A DNA stretch of 64,000 nucleotides, taken from the IMG/VR virus record IMGVR_UViG_3300046796_000566. One strand, 5' to 3'. The DNA is from an uncultured virus (IMG/VR IMGVR_UViG_3300046796_000566) (taxonomy: Duplodnaviria; Heunggongvirae; Uroviricota; Caudoviricetes). The translations under genes and the position numbers were made by a program. Under the pieces are notes generated by a model. The model had not been told where the DNA came from. It saw only the letters and a program-made list of their open reading frames with translations, and ran no database searches. Positions 24,789 to 33,431 of this stretch are shown here, piece by piece. Each line of letters begins with the position of its first letter. The first letter of the stretch is position 1.

Positions 24789-25002
24789 CCAGTTCAGGAC
24801 GGAATACCATGATGCCGATGGCCGCACAGTGGCTGCAGGAGAGGGCAGTCACTGGGGTCTGGCCTCTGAAGAAGCTGCGATAAGCATGTCCAGGATTGAC
24901 ATTCGCAGCCCGATATTCCGAAGACCATTCACAGTCCACTATTACAGGCCCGACGGGGGTGAGTTCTATCCGCTGGGTCAGAAAGGAGATAACCATGAAT
25001 AA
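24772..25002 (+). CDS. Hypothetical protein
   Basis: Likely start MSQRTDQF. Confidence 0.55.
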   Translation: MSQRTDQFRTEYHDADGRTVAAGEGSHWGLASEEAAISMSRIDIRSPIFRRPFTVHYYRPDGGEFYPLGQKGDNHE

Positions 25003-25273
25003 ACCGAAAGTTCTTGCTCTGGAGCTGGATCCACTGGAACTGGCTTCGGCAGGACTGGCAACCAGCAGGTTCCTGGACAAGCTGGCTCAGAAGGTGATCG
25101 ATGAGAAGCTGGAATCAACCGAGACACCCATATCGGTCGAGATCAGTTCGGTTGAGGCCATTGCCATTACACGGCTGCTGGATTTTACCTACCAGATCGT
25201 CAATGGCGGGTTTGGTCCAGAGGCCGACAAGCAGGCCGAGGTGGCTCGAGCCATGGGATTCCAACGTCCATGA
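24995..25273 (+). CDS. Hypothetical protein
   Basis: RBS TCAGAAAGGAGATAACC-ATG. Confidence 0.7.
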   Translation: MNKPKVLALELDPLELASAGLATSRFLDKLAQKVIDEKLESTETPISVEISSVEAIAITRLLDFTYQIVNGGFGPEADKQAEVARAMGFQRP

Positions 25274-25289
25274 CACCGGCTGGGAATGC

Positions 25290-25589
25290 CTAGCTCCGCT
25301 TGAAGATGTCGAAGCTCCGGGATTGCCGGGGTTTCGGCATCTGTTTTTCTTCGTCAGGATCGTCCAAGAGCTCATGATCGGTCACGGCCCGCACTTTGAG
25401 CCGTGGAAGCGCCAATGACGTGCTAATGAGCTCACGGAGCAGGTTCCTGCCCGCCCTGCCCTCCTCACACTGACGCCATAGCTCCTTGGTTTCCACATGC
25501 CGCATGTATTGGGGATCGGAATCGATGGTTTCCACGTCCTGGAGGCAGTAGCTGCAGATACCGAAAAGCTTGAATTTCTTTCGTGGCAT
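25290..25589 (-). CDS. Hypothetical protein
   Basis: 99 aa; CSYC; directly follows the initiator-like gene. Confidence 0.55.
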   Translation of the reverse strand: MPRKKFKLFGICSYCLQDVETIDSDPQYMRHVETKELWRQCEEGRAGRNLLRELISTSLALPRLKVRAVTDHELLDDPDEEKQMPKPRQSRSFDIFKRS

Positions 25590-25949
25590 TTAGGGGTTCT
25601 CCCTCAGGATCTGGCGGATATCCTCGAGCGTGGGCACATCCTTGCGCAGGCCATTGGCAAAGTCCCGCTCGAACATCCGGTGAATGGCCCCGATACGTTG
25701 CTCCATATATTCCGGGTCCTCCGGCATCGGCACATGTGGGACAGCCGGGGTGACCTGGTGGAACCGGTTCGCATCTTTCCTGGCCCAGGACAAAATAGTG
25801 AAATAATCACTCTTCGTTTTTTTGCCTTTACTAGCCTTCCAGAGGCTTAACTTCTCGATCCAGTCTTCCGTTTCTGCCATGCCGAATCTGTCGAACAGCT
25901 TCTTAAGATCATCATCTGTCAGTGATACATTTTTAGCCTCTCCGAGCAT
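25590..25949 (-). CDS. Replisome-organiser / replication initiator C-terminal-like protein
   Basis: NVSLTDDDLKKL...IEKLSLWKASKGKKTKSDYFTILSW. Confidence 0.55.
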   Translation of the reverse strand: MLGEAKNVSLTDDDLKKLFDRFGMAETEDWIEKLSLWKASKGKKTKSDYFTILSWARKDANRFHQVTPAVPHVPMPEDPEYMEQRIGAIHRMFERDFANGLRKDVPTLEDIRQILRENP

Positions 25950-26439
25950 TTTTTCTCCTCAATTTATCTTCGGCGTTTTTAGCTGATATGCACCGACGAC
26001 AAACATAGTCAATTCCAGTACTGGAGGCGGCCTTGGCTGAAAACTCACAGAGCGGCTTGATACCAGAACAGCTACGGCAATAACTCTCTATACGTGGATC
26101 ACACCCGAGTTTAACCAGTACCATCCTGCGATGAATGAGCTTGTGATATTTTTTGTCTTCACAAATAAGAAGGTTCGGATTCAGATTATTTCCAGTATTT
26201 TCATCCCAATGATGAATTGGATGGAGGTTTTCGATGAATTTGCCGAGCGCTTTTTCCGCAATCAATACATGCTCTGGCGCATACCCCCTCCTTTGCCTCG
26301 GATGCCCTGGAGCATAGACATAGACATATCCTTTCGGATCTGTCTTCCTGCCACCCTTCCAGTTGAAATGCTTTTCACCGCGAGTATCTCTTACCGTTCG
26401 TTTGTCAATAAGTCCTTGTTTCGTCAGACGCATACACAC
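25933..26439 (-). CDS. HNH homing endonuclease
   Basis: HFNWKGGR, GYAPEHVLIAEKALG, IHHWDENTGNN, NLLIC. Confidence 0.85.
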   Translation of the reverse strand: MCMRLTKQGLIDKRTVRDTRGEKHFNWKGGRKTDPKGYVYVYAPGHPRQRRGYAPEHVLIAEKALGKFIENLHPIHHWDENTGNNLNPNLLICEDKKYHKLIHRRMVLVKLGCDPRIESYCRSCSGIKPLCEFSAKAASSTGIDYVCRRCISAKNAEDKLRRKNARRG

Positions 26440-26848
26440 CTTCCCCAGTGAGATCCCTCACAGGACCATGCGAGTGTACTCGCTCTATTCCTGTATCCAT
26501 GGCAGGGGTCTCCCTCACATACTGCCCAGGCGTCCTGACTCTGGCAAGCCATGCGCTCCAGTGGCCTTCACTGGCATTTACAGGAACTTTCCAAATAGTG
26601 CGGTTACGGCCATCCACGGGCTCGTTTTTAGTTCGCAGTGAACCGCATGAACCCGCGCAACAGATCGTACCCACGCATCTGATGACTTAGTTGAATTGTG
26701 TTTTGGCTTTGATCGAACATGCCGAGTACTTTCACCCAGTACATAAGATTTTGTGAGCGGCACCCCGTACTGGAGAGGGCCCGTCACCGTGCAAGCACAG
26801 TCAAGCCGCATTCCGAGTCTCACACAGTGCTACCAGGTCTTGTCAAGT

Positions 26849-27307
26849 CTATTCTTCACGCGTTCCTTTCGTCAGGCGGGTGACGCATTCCTTCGAGTGC
26901 TCGATTTCTTTTCCCTTGAATGCCCATTCATTGCAGAAGAAGCAGCTATAGGCTGGCAGTCCTCGCCGCATTCCGTGTTGCTGCCAGTTATCGCGAATAG
27001 CCACCTCCAACCGCTGCACCTGTTCGCGTAGCGCATCGCGGTCGTGAGTCACTTCATCAAGATTTCGACACACAGACCAACGCTCCTGAATCCAAGATTG
27101 TACGTCGGCAACCTGCCTCGCCGCCTGATGCCGACTTTTAACCAAGGCGCAGATGGCGGCGGCGGCATCCTCGCGTGCAAGATTCGCAAACTTGTCCTTG
27201 ATGAGCGAGTGGCTGTGTCCCGAATCATGAGCACACTTTGCATATTCATCCACCAGCTCCATGATCGCATCCAGTTCCGCCGTGTGCTTCGATTCGCTCA
27301 TTGCCAT
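26849..27307 (-). CDS. Hypothetical coiled-coil and zinc-binding protein
   Basis: 152 aa; CFFC...HSKEC. Confidence 0.6.
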   Translation of the reverse strand: MAMSESKHTAELDAIMELVDEYAKCAHDSGHSHSLIKDKFANLAREDAAAAICALVKSRHQAARQVADVQSWIQERWSVCRNLDEVTHDRDALREQVQRLEVAIRDNWQQHGMRRGLPAYSCFFCNEWAFKGKEIEHSKECVTRLTKGTREE

Positions 27308-27627
27308 TCCTCGGTTGCGGTATCAGCGCCAATCTTTCGCAGAATCAGGCCACCGCGATCTACATGCTCCGTCTTCATGATCTCCGAAAGCGCGTCGTAT
27401 TCTGCGCCGACCGGCTTGTACCATTCATAGCTTGGCGGCTCGATGTGCGGAGGTCGCGGACCTTTGGGATAGAAAGCACTGTGCATGTCTCCAGTGCAGT
27501 CGCCGCCACCAGTCCGTGAGCACATAATCATGAATGGCGTGACACCTTCTTCACGATCAATCGTCGTGACTCGCCTGCCGCAAGTCTGGCAGGTATAAAC
27601 ATTCTCTCGTTGAACAAATTCGCTCAC
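27298..27627 (-). CDS. Hypothetical zinc-binding protein
   Basis: YTCQTCG, GVTPFMIMC, EWYKP, EHVDRGGL. Confidence 0.7.
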   Translation of the reverse strand: MSEFVQRENVYTCQTCGRRVTTIDREEGVTPFMIMCSRTGGGDCTGDMHSAFYPKGPRPPHIEPPSYEWYKPVGAEYDALSEIMKTEHVDRGGLILRKIGADTATEEWQ

Positions 27628-27942
27628 TCACCCCTCCAGTCGTTCGGCGGTCAGGTTGTGGGCGCGGATATAGGCCAAGGCCCAGATGCGTTCGCGGGTA
27701 TCATAAATGTGAAATTCGCGTTCTCCGCTGCCAATGCCCTTACCGAGGTGCATGCTCGCACAATTGGTCCGTTTTAATTTCCCAATCTGGCGATCTGGCA
27801 ACCATGCCATCGTTATCATAAATCCATCCTCCAGCAGCTTCGCTTGCAGGACATCCCGATAATGAGGATCACCAAAGAAGTCCGCGCCTTCACAGATATC
27901 GAGATGTTTGCTGATCACCCGGCAAATCTCCGCATCGGTCAT
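27628..27942 (-). CDS. Hypothetical protein
   Basis: 104 aa; coupled; GGAGG RBS. Confidence 0.6.
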   Translation of the reverse strand: MTDAEICRVISKHLDICEGADFFGDPHYRDVLQAKLLEDGFMITMAWLPDRQIGKLKRTNCASMHLGKGIGSGEREFHIYDTRERIWALAYIRAHNLTAERLEG

Positions 27943-28130
27943 GCCACTTTCCTCCTTCGATCCTTTCCCGTCTTTCGCTCCAGATGCGTCGATAGAAACA
28001 ACTGGCTCCGTTTCTCTTGCACGATGCGCTGCGCGGATCGCAAGGTGCGATAGGGCGCACGCTCTTTGAGAAAGTCGGCGCAGGCGTCATCGAGCATTGT
28101 GGAGAGCCGCTGCCATTGAAGCTGTGTCAT
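27939..28130 (-). CDS. Hypothetical protein
   Basis: 63 aa; coupled. Confidence 0.5.
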   Translation of the reverse strand: MTQLQWQRLSTMLDDACADFLKERAPYRTLRSAQRIVQEKRSQLFLSTHLERKTGKDRRRKVA

Positions 28131-28379
28131 TTATAGTAATTTTAACTGGTAGCCGGTGATTCGGTCCGGCTCCTTCTTTTTGATCGCATAGCGCTTGTGC
28201 AACCAGACCGCTGTGCGCGGGAAATCCATGCGCAGCCGAAATGCCACGCCATGCTGCTCGAGCGATACCATCATCCGGTTGGAGATGAATCCGCAGCCCC
28301 ACAAGGATTCAAGCTGCGGGATTGTCAGGCCCGAGGGATATGGCTCCAGGATCTCCAGGATCTTTTCGGTTAATGTCAT
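28131..28379 (-). CDS. Hypothetical protein, possibly winged-helix
   Basis: 82 aa; GGAGGAG RBS. Confidence 0.55.
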   Translation of the reverse strand: MTLTEKILEILEPYPSGLTIPQLESLWGCGFISNRMMVSLEQHGVAFRLRMDFPRTAVWLHKRYAIKKKEPDRITGYQLKLL

Positions 28380-28547
28380 CGATCTCCTCCAACAGCTTCT
28401 CCGCCTGCTGATTCAATGCCGATCCATGCCAGGCTGATGCCAATACCAGCTCGCGGATCATGATCACGGTCTTGGGAAGCAGGCAGGATTCGGAATTAAC
28501 GACAACTGAATAAAACTTGTCCGTTTCAGTCGCTATGCACCCGCATC

Positions 28548-28751
28548 TCATTTCTTTTTCCTCTTCTTCTTCCCAGGCTTCGGATGCGTCTTATAGTACT
28601 TGTCCCACCGTGCCCGAATCGCACGCTTGGCCACTTCCGAGCGCTCCGGCTTGGACATGGCCTTGGCCCTGGCCTTGCCGCCAGAGGAAGCAAACTGACG
28701 CTTGAATTCGTCCATGGTGAGAAGCGTTTCGTCGACAATTGGTTTCTTCAT
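28548..28751 (-). CDS. Small basic helical protein (KGG / histone H1-like)
   Basis: ASSGGKARAKAMSKPERSEVAKRAIRARW; TTGACA-N16-TATACT upstream. Confidence 0.75.
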   Translation of the reverse strand: MKKPIVDETLLTMDEFKRQFASSGGKARAKAMSKPERSEVAKRAIRARWDKYYKTHPKPGKKKRKKK

Positions 28752-28799
28752 GCCAGCAAGAGTATATGAAATAATGTCATGGTGTCAATCCATTTGGGC

Positions 28800-28828
28800 T
28801 TGACATTGTTCTCGCCTGCACGTAGATT
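28800..28828 (+). promoter_or_regulatory. Sigma70 promoter of a divergent pair
   Basis: TTGACA-N17-TAGATT. Confidence 0.65.
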
Positions 28829-28846
28829 AGATGCGGAGGTGAGAGG

Positions 28847-29302
28847 ATGAATGTTAAAAGAGCCGAGAGGCTCATTGAGAGATTGAAAAAGTGGAATGTC
28901 AAGAAAGACAAGATCATGTTCGACATGAACCTGTGGAATGAAGAGGTCAGGCATGCCGAAAACGACCTGCTGGACAACAAACTCTATCCGGAAGGAAGCC
29001 GGTGCCGGAAAGAAATTGGAAAGGAGCTGGCCCACTGCAAGACGGCCTGTTGTCTTGGCGGAGCGACGGAAAAATTCTTTCGCACCAAGAGTGCCGCGAA
29101 ATGGCTGGGGCTTACCGATGATCAGTCGGACATTCTCTTTTTTCCCGGCGTTCGCAGTCTGGACTATGACCAGATCTGGGGCGTTGAAAGTCCCATCAGG
29201 CTGATGGGATCACACGACCTGAAATACGCCATCAAGGCGCTGCGGCGGGCGATCAAGCTGTGGGGTGATCCGCCGAAAAAGAAAAAAGCAAAACACGCTT
29301 GA
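28847..29302 (+). CDS. Hypothetical protein
   Basis: FDMNLW...CKTACCLGG; GGAGG RBS. Confidence 0.7.
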   Translation: MNVKRAERLIERLKKWNVKKDKIMFDMNLWNEEVRHAENDLLDNKLYPEGSRCRKEIGKELAHCKTACCLGGATEKFFRTKSAAKWLGLTDDQSDILFFPGVRSLDYDQIWGVESPIRLMGSHDLKYAIKALRRAIKLWGDPPKKKKAKHA

Positions 29303-29327
29303 CATCGTTCTTTCAGGTACGTACATT
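29299..29327 (+). promoter_or_regulatory. Sigma70 promoter for the protein-plus-ncRNA module
   Basis: TTGACA-N17-TACATT. Confidence 0.65.
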
Positions 29328-29367
29328 TTAGTTCTACCGTTTTTGGTGAGACTCAAAAGGAGATAAC

Positions 29368-30123
29368 ATGGCAACAAAGCTGCACGAGCTGCTTGCAGTC
29401 GAGAAGAGCCTTCGGTCCCAGGCCGAGGCCACGCGGGCAGACCTGATCAACACATTCGAAAAGAAACGCACTCATTTCACCGAGCAGATCATCACCTTCC
29501 ATTCCAACAAGGAAGGTATCGAGCCCAAGGTGGAATCGAAGATGGCGATCCAGACCACGGTTCCCAAGGAACTGGAATGGATTTCCGCCAAGATCGACGC
29601 TGCCATTGATGCGGCGTACCAGATCGATGAGACCAACACCGTGGCACAGGCCGACATTGTGCTCGACAATGGCCGTGTGCTGCTGACCGGCATTCCCGCC
29701 ACGTCGCTGCTGTCGCTGGAGAAGCGCATCGTAGAGATCCACCAGCTTGTGGACTCGATCCCGACGCTGGATCCGACGAAGGGGTTTGCTCCCGATACGG
29801 ATCGCGGTGCAGGAATCTTCCGGGCTCGCGATGTGACCAAGCCGCGTACGGAGAAAGTGTTTGACTACGTCGTGATGGTGGCCCCAACCGACAAGCATCC
29901 GGCGCAGGTCAAGGAGTTGATGAAGGATGTGTCGACCGGGGACATCGTCCAGCAGGAATGGTCGTCTCTGGTGACCGTATCGGACAAGGGCGACATGCTG
30001 GATCGCGTCGAAGAACTGGCACGGGCGATCAAGAAGGCGCGGTCTCGAGCCAACGAACAGGAAGTCGACAAGGATCAGAAGATCGCGTCGTACCTGACCA
30101 ATTACGTCTTCAAGGGCATTTAA
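29368..30123 (+). CDS. Uncharacterised coiled-coil protein (from memory DUF7873-like; unverified) upstream of tRNA-like RNAs
   Basis: KLHELLAVEK, IPATSLLSLEK, IPTLDP, APTDKHPAQV, AIKKARSRAN. Confidence 0.8.
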   Translation: MATKLHELLAVEKSLRSQAEATRADLINTFEKKRTHFTEQIITFHSNKEGIEPKVESKMAIQTTVPKELEWISAKIDAAIDAAYQIDETNTVAQADIVLDNGRVLLTGIPATSLLSLEKRIVEIHQLVDSIPTLDPTKGFAPDTDRGAGIFRARDVTKPRTEKVFDYVVMVAPTDKHPAQVKELMKDVSTGDIVQQEWSSLVTVSDKGDMLDRVEELARAIKKARSRANEQEVDKDQKIASYLTNYVFKGI

Positions 30124-30323
30124 GTTTGGGGCGAAATGGCGAAGTCAGTCGGCCTCCGAGGATGGCACGACGCGAGCCAGAGTAGCTCCGCCAATCTGGG
30201 GGCGGCGGCAACGCCGTTCCAGGCTCAGGGTTAGCACTTACTGATCAGGATTATTTGTCAGGCTACTAACCCAGAGGATCATACCCCGGCAGACCTGCCA
30301 GCAGTGGGTGTGGCGACACGAAA

Positions 30324-30396
30324 TCGGAAACACCGGTTTAAGTCCGGTCTCCCCCTCCAACACATATGGGGGAGTCGTATAGCGATATTACGCCGA
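30324..30396 (+). ncRNA. Circularly permuted tRNA-like domain
   Basis: TCGG-AAAC-[ACCGG TTTAAGT CCGGT]-CTCCCCC-T-CCA...GGGGGAG-TC-[GTA..TAC]-G-CCGA. Confidence 0.75.
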
Positions 30397-30443
30397 GATT
30401 AAAATCAACGCCGCAGGCCATCAAGGCAACGATCAGGCTGGAT

Positions 30444-30516
30444 CCATACTTAGCTCAACTGGTAAGAGCGACAGCATTCAAGCTGTAGGTCGTGGGTTCG
30501 ACTCCCACAGTATACA
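30444..30516 (+). tRNA. Defective tRNA-like element (6-nt anticodon loop ATTCAA; 5-bp acceptor stem)
   Basis: Canonical TAGCTCAACTGGTAAGAGC D-arm and GTGGG-TTCGACT-CCCAC T-arm. Confidence 0.7.
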
Positions 30517-30523
30517 AAGCAAA

Positions 30524-30552
30524 GGGGCGGGGGCAGGGCATGCCCCCGCTCC
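30524..30552 (+). terminator. GC-rich hairpin closing the ncRNA locus
   Basis: GGGGCGGGGGCA / TGCCCCCGCTCC; no clear U-tract. Confidence 0.55.
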
Positions 30553-30575
30553 ACCAACTTCAAGAAAGGCGAGAC

Positions 30576-30938
30576 ATGAAAAGCATCTACGACGGCTGGA
30601 CTAGGCAGATCAAAGGGCGTTCCACAGACAGCAGTGGTGGCTACTGTGCGAGAGGGTTTGTCTGGAAAGGAAAGTCCCTCCCTGAATGTCTCCACATTGA
30701 CGCGGAGATCCGAGTGGGCCGCTGGATTCTCGCCAATCTGAATCCGCCAGAGTTTTTCGTCGATTTAAATTCAGGAGTCCAGAGACATCCCAGAAGCTCC
30801 CCTGAAGCAGCGATTGTCTGGGCCAACGATTCCGGCGCACTGGATCCGGATGGATTTCGAATGGTGGACCTGTTGACACAGGGCTATGTGCCAGAAGTTA
30901 CGAACGAAGTACCTGAAAAAGAAGAGGTGAGAGCATGA
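30576..30938 (+). CDS. MKSxxDGW-family paralog 1
   Basis: Start MKSIYDGWTRQ; homologous to 30935 and 33415. Confidence 0.8.
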   Translation: MKSIYDGWTRQIKGRSTDSSGGYCARGFVWKGKSLPECLHIDAEIRVGRWILANLNPPEFFVDLNSGVQRHPRSSPEAAIVWANDSGALDPDGFRMVDLLTQGYVPEVTNEVPEKEEVRA

Positions 30939-31288
30939 AGAGCATTTTTGATGGATGGACGAAACAAATTCTGGGGCGGTGGGAAGACGGTGAGGGCGGG
31001 TACTGCGTCAGCGGCTGGATCAATCGTCGCTCCGGCGTGAACGTCATGCAGGCTACCAGGCGTATTGGTCAGTGGGTCATTGACAATATGGAAGTCCCAG
31101 ACCACTACGTTCACCCCATTTGTGGGCCGGTCCATATCGACACCAAGAACCCGATATCCGCGATGGTATGGGCCAACAATGAACGGAAGCTGGATATTGA
31201 AGGCTTCAAGATGGTGGACTTGTTGACGCAAGGGTTTGTTCCAGAACCAGCCGCAGAAGCCGTCGAAGAAGAAAAAGTTTCGGTCTAA
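30935..31288 (+). CDS. MKSxxDGW-family paralog 2
   Basis: MKSIFDGWTKQ...WANNERKLDIEGFKMVDLLTQG. Confidence 0.8.
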   Translation: MKSIFDGWTKQILGRWEDGEGGYCVSGWINRRSGVNVMQATRRIGQWVIDNMEVPDHYVHPICGPVHIDTKNPISAMVWANNERKLDIEGFKMVDLLTQGFVPEPAAEAVEEEKVSV

Positions 31289-31298
31289 GGAGCGTTTC

Positions 31299-32174
31299 AT
31301 GGGTGAGAGTGTGGGGTTGATTTACAAAAAGATCAGTCAGGTCATGGCCGATATTGGGTCCATTGGCAAGGAGCGCCAGAACCGCGAGCAGAATTACAAG
31401 TTTCGTGGCATCGAAGACCTCTACAACGCCGCGCAGCCAGCGATGATCAAGCATGGCATCTTCTGCGCACCCTCGGTCCTGGAATACCAGTCCAACGAAT
31501 ATATGACTGCTGTTCGTGGTGATGGTTCCGGCGGCAAACGCATGCAGCGCGTGATCATGCGCGTCCAGCATCGGTTTTACGCTGAAGATGGATCGTTCGT
31601 GGAAACGATCACTTCCGGAGAGGGCGTCGACCAGTCCGACAAGGCCGCAAACAAATGCATGTCCGCAGCATTCAAGTATGCGTTGATGGAAATCTTCTGC
31701 GTTCCAACCGAAGACATTGAGGATGCGGACCGCACGACTCCAGGATCGGAAGAAGAGCGCCGATTGCCGGTGGAACCCAAGACATTCAACAAGCCAGCAG
31801 AAGCGCCATTGCCGGAAGCGGTCAAGCCGCGTACGCGCAAGCCGAAGGCGGAGACACAGCCTGAAAAGGCCGATACGGAGGTCTCTCAAGCTACTACGAC
31901 CACGGATGCATATATTCCGCTTGAGAAGCAGGACTGGCTGCGGCTGACATTCAGGAAGCGGCTTCCAGCGCAATATCGTGGAGACCTGGTGTCGGAGACA
32001 TTCCGAAAGGGCTGGCTGAAGTCGGAAGGCTTCATCAACGACAAGGATGAGGGGACCAGCACGCTCATTCGGGAGAGCGAGTTCGTCGATGTGGCCAAGC
32101 GCATGCTGGATTGGGCAGAGGCGCAAGCCGTGGCTCCGGAACCACAACAGCCGGACCCGGACATTCCATTCTAA
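31299..32174 (+). CDS. erf: ERF-family ssDNA annealing protein
   Basis: QNYKFRGIEDL, GEGVDQSDKAANKCMSAAFKYAL; acidic DIPF tail. Confidence 0.85.
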   Translation: MGESVGLIYKKISQVMADIGSIGKERQNREQNYKFRGIEDLYNAAQPAMIKHGIFCAPSVLEYQSNEYMTAVRGDGSGGKRMQRVIMRVQHRFYAEDGSFVETITSGEGVDQSDKAANKCMSAAFKYALMEIFCVPTEDIEDADRTTPGSEEERRLPVEPKTFNKPAEAPLPEAVKPRTRKPKAETQPEKADTEVSQATTTTDAYIPLEKQDWLRLTFRKRLPAQYRGDLVSETFRKGWLKSEGFINDKDEGTSTLIRESEFVDVAKRMLDWAEAQAVAPEPQQPDPDIPF

Positions 32175-32296
32175 GGAGCACGTATGATGGTTTTTGCATA
32201 TTTCTTTGGCGTGTTTATGGGGGTGCTGCTATCGCAGACCCTTCATGCCCTGCATCTCGATTGGGCGGATATCGTCCGCCACTTTAAGGAGAAGCC

Positions 32297-32494
32297 ATGA
32301 TTCAGGCCTTGTGGATTACATTTTTTAGTGTGTGCTTCTTTGGAATTGGATGGTTCCATCGTGACATAACGCTGCTAAAGCGTGTTGGACGACTGATTGA
32401 CGGGTTGGCGTTTGATGACCCGGACTTTCACGCGAAGTGCTCCATGCTGCGGATGATTCTGGAGGAATTTAAAATCAGAGGAACAGGAAAATGA
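32297..32494 (+). CDS. Small membrane protein
   Basis: N-terminal hydrophobic helix; RBS. Confidence 0.55.
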   Translation: MIQALWITFFSVCFFGIGWFHRDITLLKRVGRLIDGLAFDDPDFHAKCSMLRMILEEFKIRGTGK

Positions 32495-32793
32495 TTGCAG
32501 GAAAGCTGACCTGTCCGCATTGCAACCAGCTGATTGAATTGTCCACGACCAAGGCTCCGCCGCAGCAGAGCTCCAGGCCCGCACCTTCGGCTGGCAACGT
32601 GGGAGAGGAAGTAAAGCGGCTGCTCGATATCATCACCGACTGCGTAATGATGGGCGGCAGGTTGTCGGACAAGGAAGACGACATGTATCGGACCACTCGC
32701 GACCGGTATGAAGAGTGGGGCGACAAGATTTTCATGAACGATAAGCAGATGGTGTTCCTGCGAAACATCGCGCAGAAAGTGGGAACTGATTGA
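32491..32793 (+). CDS. Hypothetical zinc-binding protein
   Basis: CPHC; coupled. Confidence 0.65.
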   Translation: MIAGKLTCPHCNQLIELSTTKAPPQQSSRPAPSAGNVGEEVKRLLDIITDCVMMGGRLSDKEDDMYRTTRDRYEEWGDKIFMNDKQMVFLRNIAQKVGTD

Positions 32794-33431
32794 GCACTGT
32801 GCAGGACGTTTGCGAATTCGACGAGGCAGCGCATGTCTATACCCGCAATGGTGTCGCGCTTCCGTCAATCACGCGCATCATCGATTACTGCATCCCACGT
32901 TCGGACAATGCGCCTGAGGATGCCATCGAGATCGCCCGCTTGCGTGGCACTTGGGTGGACGAGCACTTTGCCGAGTACTTGATGCTGGGCAATGTCGAGG
33001 CCGATCCTCGGGAGTTCGACAGTATCAAACTCTATGACGAGTACACGCACTGTCTGGAACTGGCTGTGGAGTGGTGGAACAAGAACCGATACCGCTCCCG
33101 TGTTCGCACTCAGGTCCGTTTGTTCGGAGAAAGGGAGGCCGGAACAGCGGACCTGATTGTGGACGATCACGAGATCATCGACCTCAAGTCGACGTATGTG
33201 ATCGATGCCAGGAAAGTGAGTTGCCAACTGGGAGGATATGGGGATCTGGTGATGGAGCAGGCCATGCTGGAGAGTGAAGTGACTGGGGTTGTTCCATACG
33301 ACCTTGGAATTTTGCATGTGGTGAAGCGGTTGAAGAATGCGCAGTACAGGCCAATCAGTGGTATTACGGCGCACTTGGACTGGAGAACGATTCGAAATTA
33401 CTGGAGGTTTTTACATGAAAAGCGTGTTTGA
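32790..33431 (+). CDS. PD-(D/E)XK exonuclease (likely partner of ERF)
   Basis: HVY...PSITRII, RGTWVD, AGTADL, IIDLKS, QLGGY. Confidence 0.85.
   Translation: MSTVQDVCEFDEAAHVYTRNGVALPSITRIIDYCIPRSDNAPEDAIEIARLRGTWVDEHFAEYLMLGNVEADPREFDSIKLYDEYTHCLELAVEWWNKNRYRSRVRTQVRLFGEREAGTADLIVDDHEIIDLKSTYVIDARKVSCQLGGYGDLVMEQAMLESEVTGVVPYDLGILHVVKRLKNAQYRPISGITAHLDWRTIRNYWRFLHEKRV

Larger units (their letters stand above)
30124..30552 (+). ncRNA. ~430-nt ncRNA locus with permuted tRNA-like (YrlA-like) domain and defective tRNA
   Basis: Non-coding; two T-arm motifs; recurrent CAGG[C/A]T motifs; ends in GC-rich hairpin. Confidence 0.7.

Noticed and set aside
32790..33431. Cas4 / CRISPR adaptation gene
   Set aside because: It lacks the four-Cys Fe-S pattern and any array, and its context is the ERF recombination module.
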